56,284 nucleotides of DNA from an uncultured Bacilli bacterium (GCA_944372245.1 CALVYN010000003.1:1-56284); one strand, 5' to 3'. Shown: positions 44,534 through 51,913, numbered from the stretch's first letter. Notes: a model not told the origin generated them from the letters alone. Numbers and translations are program-made.

Positions 44534-45829
44534 ATGCGTTTGGAAGATTATCGGTCCCTGCTGATCCCACCTCTTGACGAGGAGGGATTTCAGCGGTTTG
44601 TCACAGCGATGGAGCACGAGCCCGTCAAGGGCTGTTCCTTCGATCCGCACTGGCTGACGGTCGCGGCGCTGGCGGCGGATATTCCGGGTGCGACCTTCGA
44701 CGAAAGCGACGGGAGCTACGCCCGCTATCCCTACGGCACCCAGGTCGGGCGCAATCCTTTGTATCTCTCGGGTGCCATCTATCCCATGGACCGCTCGGCC
44801 CACCGGGTGAGCCGGGCTCTGGCCAGAGCGCTCACCGATGTGGAACGGCCCGATGTCTTGGATATGTGTGCCGCTCCCGGGGGCAAGTCGATCGCCCTGG
44901 CCCACATCAAGAAGCTGGGCCTCTTGGTGTCTAACGATATCTCCCGCAAGCGGGCGGGCATCCTCAGGACCAACATCGAGCGGGCCGGCGTGCCCGATGC
45001 GGTGGTCACCTGCATCGACCCTATAACGATGGTCGGAACTTTGAATGGGCGTTTCGACGCCATCATCCTGGATGCGCCCTGCTCGGGCTCGGGCATGACC
45101 CGCAAGGACGAGAGGATGGCCGAGGACTGGAGCGAGGGCAAGGTTGAAGAGTGCGCCCTCATCCAGACCCGGCTATTGGATGCAGCGGCTGAGCTCGTGG
45201 CTGAGGGTGGCATCATCTGCTACTCCACCTGCTCATATTCTCGCCAGGAGGATGAGGATGCCATCTCGGGATTCTTAGAGAGGCATCCTGACTTTGAGAT
45301 GATGGAGATGGAGGATGACGGCGGCCTTGAAGGCATCGGTGGTCTCGGTCATCGCTATATCCCCGGCCTGTTCGAGGGCGAGGGCCAGTACTGCTGCCTC
45401 CTCAGGCACAAGGGCACCCTGAGCGAGCGTTCGAGCGCGCCTCTGAGCGTCACAATGATTGAAGGAAAAGAGTTTAAAGGCTTCGAATATCAGGGCTCAT
45501 TCCGCATCATCGACCGGTTCATCCCCGGCTTGGAGCGCTTCAATCCCATCAAGATCGGCTATGCCGTCAAGGATCTTTCCGCGGAGGCGAAGTGCCCGTA
45601 CGATTGGGACCTCTGCCATCTCTCCGCTTTCCCTCTGCCGCACGCGGAACTCGAGCGCAGCCAGGCGGAGATGTATCTGACCGGGCAGGATCTGAGAGGA
45701 GCCATCGCAAAGGAGGGGCCGCAGGGCCTGATCGTCGTCACGTATCGGGGCTTCCCGCTAGGCTTTGCCAAGAGGATGCCGGGCCGGGTCCGCAACCTGC
45801 TCCCCAAGGGGCTCAGGATCAACTCTTGA
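44534..45829 (+). CDS. RsmB/RsmF (NOL1/NOP2/Sun) family rRNA m5C methyltransferase
   Basis: SAM motif DMCAAPGGKS, ILDAPCSGSGM, catalytic YSTCS. ATG at 44534 lies 6 nt after AAGGGGG. The track start at 44348 lies inside the divergent gene. Confidence 0.88.
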   Translation: MRLEDYRSLLIPPLDEEGFQRFVTAMEHEPVKGCSFDPHWLTVAALAADIPGATFDESDGSYARYPYGTQVGRNPLYLSGAIYPMDRSAHRVSRALARALTDVERPDVLDMCAAPGGKSIALAHIKKLGLLVSNDISRKRAGILRTNIERAGVPDAVVTCIDPITMVGTLNGRFDAIILDAPCSGSGMTRKDERMAEDWSEGKVEECALIQTRLLDAAAELVAEGGIICYSTCSYSRQEDEDAISGFLERHPDFEMMEMEDDGGLEGIGGLGHRYIPGLFEGEGQYCCLLRHKGTLSERSSAPLSVTMIEGKEFKGFEYQGSFRIIDRFIPGLERFNPIKIGYAVKDLSAEAKCPYDWDLCHLSAFPLPHAELERSQAEMYLTGQDLRGAIAKEGPQGLIVVTYRGFPLGFAKRMPGRVRNLLPKGLRINS

Positions 45830-47165
45830 AGCGGTTCAGGGTATAGACGCAGAGGTTCTTCACCCCCTCGTTCGCCCTGATCAGGGGGACACTGTCCACG
45901 ACGATGAAGCTCACCGCCTGGCCGGCGGCGAAGATCTCCAGGCAGTCCTGGTCGATGAGGACCTGCACCTCGCAGGTCTTCTCTGAGACGTCGATGCTGG
46001 CGACCGGCAGGCGGTCCTCCCCTTGGGGCATGGACTTCTTGCGATTGGCGAAGAGGTGTCCCTCGTGGAAATAGATATCGGTGCTGCCCACGGCGATGAA
46101 CGAACCCTCCTCGAGGGTGGCACTCAAAAGCTGCGGGTAGTGGGTCTGCTTGATCTTGACCTCGGCCTCGGGATAGATCAGTCGGCGCGCCAGCAGGGGA
46201 TGGAGGCTCAAGAGGGGCAGGCCATCATCTAGGGAGATGCGCTTGGGTGTGGAGACCATGCCTCGGATACCTTTGATGTCGTGATGCATCTGCAGGGCGG
46301 AGAGGAGGTAGGGCAGGCGCCTGGTATCCCAGGCCAGCTTGGGCGAGGAGGCATCGCAGCCGCGGTCGATCGCCCGCGCCCGGGCGAGATCCAGCTTGAT
46401 GGTCCCCTTCTCCAGGTTGACCGAGGCGGGGATGATCGAAGTCTCAGGACCCTGCTGCCTCGAGGATTCCATCAGGGCGAAGGTGTGCTTGTCCAAGCTG
46501 AAGAAGCGCAGAGTCTCAATCCGCGCTTCGCTCTCCAGCGGGAGAAGCTTCTTGATCTTGAAGTTCCCCTGCTCCTCCTTGACGAAGACCACGATGTTCT
46601 CACCCTGGTGGCCGACGGCCAGAAAGGTCAGATACCGGTGCTTGGTATCGTCGTAGACCTCGGGGTCGTGGATGGTGTATGAATCCAACCCCGCCTCGGT
46701 GATCTGTTTAGTCGAGAGGATCACCCTCTTGTCGGCGATGTTGTCGAACACGTCCCGGCTCTCGATGCGGCGCGACTGGATCATCATGATGCTCGCATCG
46801 ACCGCGGAAGGGTCCGTGGGGACGTTGAGGTTGTCCTCAGGCGTCTCTCTGAAGTGCTGACCCACGTAGAAGAGCATCATGTCGCCGCTCTCATCGAGGC
46901 AGACCGAGCCTTCGCGCGCCCCATCGGCATCCTCGGCCCGGGTGGGATAGACGGCGATGGACTCATCCTTCCACTGGAGCAGATCCTCGCTGGTCAGATG
47001 CCCGACGTAGCGCTTGGCCGTATCTCTGAGGTCGAAAGGAAAGACCTCGTAAAAGATGTGATAGAGGCCCCTTGTATAGGCCGAAGCGACCAGTCGATAG
47101 AGGGTGTTGATGCGCGGCGTGGCGTGTGCCTTCGGGCGCACAGCTTTTCTTGGGGTATTCATCAT
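45819..47165 (-). CDS. GH32-family (sucrose-6-phosphate hydrolase-like) homolog lacking the nucleophile motif; start uncertain
   Basis: Aligns by eye with B. subtilis SacA (GLYHIFY, VGHLTSEDLLQWK, IHDPEVY, LEIFAAG). There is no SD before either ATG 47165 or TTG 47186. TATAAT lies 4 nt upstream of ATG 47165. Confidence 0.7.
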   Translation of the reverse strand: MMNTPRKAVRPKAHATPRINTLYRLVASAYTRGLYHIFYEVFPFDLRDTAKRYVGHLTSEDLLQWKDESIAVYPTRAEDADGAREGSVCLDESGDMMLFYVGQHFRETPEDNLNVPTDPSAVDASIMMIQSRRIESRDVFDNIADKRVILSTKQITEAGLDSYTIHDPEVYDDTKHRYLTFLAVGHQGENIVVFVKEEQGNFKIKKLLPLESEARIETLRFFSLDKHTFALMESSRQQGPETSIIPASVNLEKGTIKLDLARARAIDRGCDASSPKLAWDTRRLPYLLSALQMHHDIKGIRGMVSTPKRISLDDGLPLLSLHPLLARRLIYPEAEVKIKQTHYPQLLSATLEEGSFIAVGSTDIYFHEGHLFANRKKSMPQGEDRLPVASIDVSEKTCEVQVLIDQDCLEIFAAGQAVSFIVVDSVPLIRANEGVKNLCVYTLNRFKS

Positions 47166-47237
47166 TTGGATTATAAACGGGCTCAAGCCGGTTGCACACG
47201 CTCAACCGAAACGAGGTTTCAATGGACAATTCCCCGC

Positions 47238-47265
47238 TTGAAAAAATGGGGTGAGAGGTTATATA
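47238..47265 (+). promoter_or_regulatory. Candidate rpmB promoter (TTGAAA-16-TATATA)
   Basis: TTGAAA at 47238-47243 and TATATA at 47260-47265. Confidence 0.45.
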
Positions 47266-47313
47266 CTTCCTCCCGCTAAAAATCCGATTTTAGTCATCTA
47301 GGAGGCATACGCT

Positions 47314-47589
47314 ATGTCCAGAAGAGATCCTTTTAGCGGCCGCGGACCTTCAACCGGCAACAACAGGAGCCACTCCCTGCGCGCAACTAGGCGCCGCTGG
47401 AATGTGAACCTTCAGTGGGCGACCCTGACCATTGACGGCAAGAAGATTCGCCTCCGCGTCAGCACCAAGACCCTGCGCACCCTGCGCAAGGCTCAGAAGG
47501 GCGCTGCTCCCATCCAGGAGCCTGTCGTCGCTGCTGAGACCGTGACTGAGCCCGTCGCTGAGACTGCTGCTCCCGCTGCTGCTGAGTAA
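47314..47589 (+). CDS. rpmB: 50S ribosomal protein L28 with Ala/Glu/Pro/Thr-rich C-terminal tail
   Basis: [20 protein letters not shown] matches the L28 core. AGGAGG SD. Confidence 0.93.
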   Translation: MSRRDPFSGRGPSTGNNRSHSLRATRRRWNVNLQWATLTIDGKKIRLRVSTKTLRTLRKAQKGAAPIQEPVVAAETVTEPVAETAAPAAAE

Positions 47590-47607
47590 GCGGCTGGAGA
47601 ACCAAAT

Positions 47608-47633
47608 TTCCGCCCGAAAGGGCGGATTTTTTG
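47608..47633 (+). terminator. Rho-independent terminator after rpmB
   Basis: TCCGCCC-gaaa-GGGCGGA followed by TTTTTT. Confidence 0.85.
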
Positions 47634-47677
47634 TGTCAATCAAACAAGGATTCGAGCTGATTGCCTGAATTGTGGAC

Positions 47678-48125
47678 AAGTGTGCAGATAGTAGGAAATT
47701 AGTCAAATTAGTATTTTCATTTTGGACCCTCTGCCCACCTTGAAGATGTCTCAGATTGATGAAATCCGATACCTTTACCTGTGTAGATTTTCAATTTAAA
47801 CCATCCTAGATATCAGGTGTGTAATGTAAGCGGCCAACGCCCTAGGTGTGCAGATAGTATTTGGGCATATTCAGGTGTGTAGATAGTAGAAAATTAGTAG
47901 CAAATTAGTATTTTCAAAAATCTGATTCTTTATGGGTAAAAGAGAGAATTTGATCTCACGAATTGACCCTAAACCTTTCGTTTACCTGTGTAGATTCTCG
48001 ATTTGAGGCCTCTCAGTTATCAGGTGTGTAATGTAAGCGGCGAAGTGCACTAGGTGTGCAGATAGTATTTGGGCATATTCAAGGTGTGCAGATAGTAGGA
48101 AATTAGTAGTTTCAAAGTATTTTTG
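47678..48125 (+). repeat. Tandem repeat, ~207-209-bp unit, 2 full copies plus a partial third, AT-rich, non-coding
   Basis: Conserved modules recur at 47777/47984, 47812/48019, 47843/48051 and 47678/47873/48082. There are nine same-orientation TGTG(C/T)A(G/A)(A/T)T boxes. Confidence 0.85.
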
Positions 48126-48210
48126 AATCAATCAAAAACTAAACTCAAAATAAATAGATTGCTTATATATAAAACTGCTTTTGTAAACACTATTTATCTA
48201 CATAAAACCC

Positions 48211-50610
48211 CTAGACCGGCAGCAGCATGTTGGTGTTGAAGAACGCCTCCTTGAAGTAGAGGGGGAAGCCCCACAGATCGCCCCAGTTCCAGCCATCGAA
48301 GGTGTCGAACACCAGGTTCATGCAGAGGAAGGAGGAGAAGAGACCGGCTGTCAGCGCCAGTCCGCAGACGACGTGCTGGCTCTTCTTCTGCGCGGTGCGG
48401 TCCATGAGCTTGATGATGATGGCGGTCGTACCGATCGAGGCGATGTGATAGGGCTCGAGGAGGTAGCGGGAGCAGATTCCGGCCTTGGAGTAGGTGGTGA
48501 ATCCTAGGAAGGCGATCAGAGGGATGAAGAGCCAGAGGAATGTCTTCTCCACCCAGGAGTCGGACTTTCTGCAGCAGAGGCCACCGCAGAACAGGAAGAG
48601 GAAGTAGGGGATGATGAAGACGCCGACATAGCCCCAGATGTAGGGACAGTCGTCGAAGGATAACGTGTACATCGAGCAGGAGAAGAAGGGGAAGCGCGAA
48701 TAGGCGCGCGGTAGCTGGAAGAGGAAGTGGACCAGAGAGGGGAGGATCTTGTTCCAACCGTATGTCAGGTTCGTCTGGTCGACATTGATCTGGTAGGACT
48801 GACCAAACTCGAAGATGCTGTCGAAGCGGACGTAGTTGTAGGTGCAGATGAGGGCCGCTCCTACGACCAGGATGCCGAGAGCTGGCAGGAAGTTGAAGAT
48901 GGTCCGCTTCCAGCCCAGTTCGTGCTTGACGAGGATACCGATGAGGAAGGGGACCATCAGGACGACGGTCAGCGCCAGGTTGGGGCGGCTGGCCACGACG
49001 AGCACGAGACTGAGGGCGGCCAAAGAGAGATAGAGCGTGCGGTGTTTGGTCGAGCGATAGGCCATCAGGAAGAAGGCGAAGAGGAGGTCCATAAACAGCA
49101 GGCCGTAGATGATCGGCGTGTGGTAGATACCCTCGTGGTAGTAGCCCTCCTTGAAGGTGAAGGACGGGATGAACATGGTGGTGAAGATGCAGAAGAATCC
49201 GAGGACCAGCAGGTTTGTGACGTTCAGCTTCTTCGTCAGGAGGCGACTGACCTCGAACAGGAGGATCAGGAAGGCTGGAATAGTCAGAATCCAGCCGACT
49301 GCCTGCAGGGTTATCAGCGAGGGAATCTTGGTGAATCCAGAGAGGATGAAGATTGGAAACATCACGAGGAGGACCGGAGCGATGCCGTAATAACAGTAGT
49401 AGTTTCCGTTGTAGTAGGCGTGATCCCAGGCGCCATAGGCGCCCACCTGAGCTCTCTGGGACGGATCCCAGGGATTGCTAAGCTCAGCCAGCTTCGGGTC
49501 GACCCACATATCCAGGTGTACCTGACCCTTCATCAGCGCATCGAAGAGGCGGAAGTAGATGTTGGTTCCCGAGACGTCGTTCAGGGCATCCTGGGAGATC
49601 GGATAATCAGCGTAGAAGTAGCTGATGTTGAACGTGGAAGCGATGAAGAAGACGACCAGTAGGCCGAGTCCACAGCCGGCGGCGATGATGTAGGGCTTGC
49701 GCGTGGGCTCCCGATCCAGGCGGCGATAGTTCTTCACCGCGACGGGCGCATAGAAGGCGAAGATCAGAAGCAGGGAGATGAGGCCGACGCGGATCAGGTT
49801 GAAGTTCAGGGCGAGGGGAACATTGAATCTGACCCCCTCGATGAGGATGGCGGAGGGATACTCGATACGATTCCTCTCGATGCCGATATTGACCTTGATG
49901 TACGGATAGGAAGCATACTCCTCGGGGATAGCACAGATGTTGAAGTTGCCGTATGTGGGGTTGGATAGATACTGATAGGTCGAGGAGAAGCTGTGTCCGT
50001 CCTGGCTGAAGCTGAGGCGGATATAGATCATCGAGCTCGGGTTCTCCGAACTCATATCCAGACAGATATTCTTGTAGGAATCCTCACCCTTCTCGATCAC
50101 GAAGACGTTGTTGTCCTCGACGGAGAGGATTCCATCGTCGAAGCTGGTGCCGCTGCTGAAGTAGGAATCATCGATGACCTGGGCGATGCTGTCTCGGTCG
50201 CACAGGACCGTCTCGCCCCCGGCGATGGGATAGGCATTGGTGTTGAAGGCGAAGATCTCGAGAATCGAGAGCAGAACGAGACAGGAGGAGAACCACAGCC
50301 GTCTGCTCTTCTTAAAGGAGAAGCCCTCGCATTTGAGGATGTATCGCGCGGGGTGGAAGAAGCGGATGACACCCGTTAGGAAGGCGAATAGAAAGATCAT
50401 GCCGGCGGTGTTCTTATAAGGAAAGAGGAAATAAATTAAGATGGCAAAAATCAGGCCGGCGACGAGGCTGATTCCTAGATCGACGGCCTCTCCGATCAGG
50501 TCAGCTCGATCAGTCAGCACAAGCTTCTTCGCCCAGCGATAACAGATTTTTCCCGCCAGGATGAGGGCGGCAACGATGGCGGTGGTGAGAAACCAGATCA
50601 GGAAGATCAT
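48211..50610 (-). CDS. Large polytopic membrane protein, probable GT-C-type glycosyltransferase (YfhO/ArnT-like role)
   Basis: 799 aa with about 14 or more hydrophobic segments and an N-proximal extracytoplasmic domain of about 160 aa. Translationally coupled (1-nt gap) to the upstream polyprenyl-phosphate GT2. Confidence 0.7.
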   Translation of the reverse strand: MIFLIWFLTTAIVAALILAGKICYRWAKKLVLTDRADLIGEAVDLGISLVAGLIFAILIYFLFPYKNTAGMIFLFAFLTGVIRFFHPARYILKCEGFSFKKSRRLWFSSCLVLLSILEIFAFNTNAYPIAGGETVLCDRDSIAQVIDDSYFSSGTSFDDGILSVEDNNVFVIEKGEDSYKNICLDMSSENPSSMIYIRLSFSQDGHSFSSTYQYLSNPTYGNFNICAIPEEYASYPYIKVNIGIERNRIEYPSAILIEGVRFNVPLALNFNLIRVGLISLLLIFAFYAPVAVKNYRRLDREPTRKPYIIAAGCGLGLLVVFFIASTFNISYFYADYPISQDALNDVSGTNIYFRLFDALMKGQVHLDMWVDPKLAELSNPWDPSQRAQVGAYGAWDHAYYNGNYYCYYGIAPVLLVMFPIFILSGFTKIPSLITLQAVGWILTIPAFLILLFEVSRLLTKKLNVTNLLVLGFFCIFTTMFIPSFTFKEGYYHEGIYHTPIIYGLLFMDLLFAFFLMAYRSTKHRTLYLSLAALSLVLVVASRPNLALTVVLMVPFLIGILVKHELGWKRTIFNFLPALGILVVGAALICTYNYVRFDSIFEFGQSYQINVDQTNLTYGWNKILPSLVHFLFQLPRAYSRFPFFSCSMYTLSFDDCPYIWGYVGVFIIPYFLFLFCGGLCCRKSDSWVEKTFLWLFIPLIAFLGFTTYSKAGICSRYLLEPYHIASIGTTAIIIKLMDRTAQKKSQHVVCGLALTAGLFSSFLCMNLVFDTFDGWNWGDLWGFPLYFKEAFFNTNMLLPV

Positions 50611-50611
50611 C

Positions 50612-51505
50612 TCAGTCCTCTCTCGCTCCCTCCATCTTGAGGCTCAGCTGCCAGATTAGACCAGCGATCAGAAGCAGGATGCCTACGCCCAGGATGACAG
50701 CGGCGGCCAGACCGAGTCCCACGTTTATCCCCGAGTCTTGAATCAGTTGAACCAGAGGAGCAATTCCCAAAGCGACGCCTAAGATGATAAGAGGAGAAGA
50801 GAGCCAAGACATGGCCTTAAAGGGCTTAAAGTGGAAGAAGGATCTAACGATGAAATTGAGGACTTTCCGCCCGTCGGAGAAGGTGCTGAGCTTGGACTTG
50901 GACCCCTTCGGTCTGTCCTTGTATGCGATGGTGTGGCTCGAGAGCTTCATCCTCTTGACCAGGCTGAAGATGCTCATCTCCGTCTCGATCTCAAAGCCGT
51001 TAGTCCTGGGGGTGAACGACTTGGCGAAGCGGCGCGAGAAGGCGCGATAGCCGGTCATCACATCGCGGATGTGACCGCCGAAGCAGAGGTTGACCAGGGC
51101 GCGGACCAGGGTGTTTCCAAAGTTGTGGAAGGGCCGCTTGTTCTCGGTGAAATAGGCGCCGTCGAGCCGGTCGCCGATGGCCATGTCCACGCCGTCGTTC
51201 AGGACGTCATCGATGAGGATGTGTGCCTGCGAGAGGTCGTAGGTATCGTCGGCATCGACCATGAGGTAGCAGTCAGCATCGATCTGCTCGAACATGGAGC
51301 GGACGACGTTGCCCTTGCCCTGCTTGGGCTCGGGGATCACCGTCGCCCCCGCTTCCTGGGCGAGTTTTCCGCTGCCATCGATGGAGTTGTTGTCATAGAC
51401 GTAGACCGTGGCCTCAGGCACATTCTTTTTTGCATCGGCCACGACCTTTGCTATGGTCTGTGCCTCGTTATAGCAGGGGATCAGGATTGCTATATCACGA
51501 TTCAT
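50612..51505 (-). CDS. GT2 polyprenyl-phosphate glycosyltransferase (GtrB/CsbB-like)
   Basis: N-terminus IAILIPCYNEAQTI, DAD motif (VDADDTYD), two C-terminal TM helices. Confidence 0.88.
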   Translation of the reverse strand: MNRDIAILIPCYNEAQTIAKVVADAKKNVPEATVYVYDNNSIDGSGKLAQEAGATVIPEPKQGKGNVVRSMFEQIDADCYLMVDADDTYDLSQAHILIDDVLNDGVDMAIGDRLDGAYFTENKRPFHNFGNTLVRALVNLCFGGHIRDVMTGYRAFSRRFAKSFTPRTNGFEIETEMSIFSLVKRMKLSSHTIAYKDRPKGSKSKLSTFSDGRKVLNFIVRSFFHFKPFKAMSWLSSPLIILGVALGIAPLVQLIQDSGINVGLGLAAAVILGVGILLLIAGLIWQLSLKMEGARED

Positions 51506-51762
51506 AAAATGCTTGGCCCCCTTTTGCTTTTTCTCTTTGGCAATTTTACAACATACGAAAGATAACCCATAAAGCTGATTTCAATGCGCTTTCAGGATGA
51601 TGAGCCGAAAGGGGTGTTCATGAGCGATAACACATCTTTTGAAAGCATCACCTTAAACTTAAAGACCACTCTCATTTCGCCGTCTCCGAACTGATATTGC
51701 TACTTCAAAGCAATGAATTATTACGAGCCACAGCCAAAGATGAAGCTTCCAGTTCTGCATAC

Positions 51763-51790
51763 AACAAAAGACCACCGCGGAGGTGGTCTC
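51763..51790 (-). terminator. Orphan rho-independent terminator inside the long GT2 upstream region (minus strand)
   Basis: The minus strand reads AGACCACC-tccgc-GGTGGTCT followed by TTTTGTTG, about 260 nt upstream of the GT2 ATG. Confidence 0.6.
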
Positions 51791-51884
51791 GCATCAGGAA
51801 GGATCTTCAAGCGGAGACGCCTCTCTCTCCGCACTCATCTCTATCTGCAATCCGATATTTCTCGACAGAGATATTACAAGTTTA

Positions 51885-51908
51885 AGAAAACCCCGCCGCA
51901 GCGGGGCT
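51885..51908 (-). terminator. Rho-independent terminator after the 236-aa membrane protein gene (minus strand)
   Basis: The minus strand reads CCCCGC-tgcg-GCGGGG followed by TTTTCTT. Confidence 0.75.
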
Positions 51909-51913
51909 TGATC

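Noticed and set aside
45819-45829. 11-nt overlap of the convergent 3' ends of the rsmF-like and GH32-like genes
   Set aside because: Short convergent overlaps are common in compact genomes. There is no evidence of a functional element beyond the lack of terminators.
47266-47305. Possible anti-SD (CCTCC at 47269-47273) pairing with the rpmB SD (GGAGG), bridged by an AT hairpin
   Set aside because: With the -10 at 47260-47265, the transcript should start at about 47271-47273. The CCTCC would then be largely upstream of the RNA, and only 5 bp would pair.
47681-48093. The TGTG(C/T)AGATA boxes as DnaA boxes (reverse complement of TTATCCACA, i.e. TGTGGATAA)
   Set aside because: The match requires deleting 2 nt between TGTG and GATA. 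DnaA recognises a contiguous 9-mer, and no dnaA/dnaN context is present.
48155-48205. dif (XerCD) site in the AT-rich tail, e.g. CTTATATATAA-AACTGC-TTTTGTAAACA or the minus-strand TTATGTAGATA
   Set aside because: Only one arm resembles the Firmicute XerD arm TTATGTAAACT (8-9 of 11). The central region and the other arm do not fit ACTTCCTAGAA-TATATA, and the inner palindrome is missing.
47634-48210. CRISPR array interpretation of the repeat region
   Set aside because: The periodicity is about 207 bp with several different conserved modules, not 28-37-nt identical repeats alternating with similar-length unique spacers. No cas genes are in the window.
51592-51675. 27-codon ORF (MRVVFKFKVMLSKDVLSLMNTPFGSSS) with a GGAG SD in the GT2 leader
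   Set aside because: GC3 is only about 55-60%, against the very high GC3 of real genes here. There is no recognisable motif. It is kept only as a note inside the leader finding.
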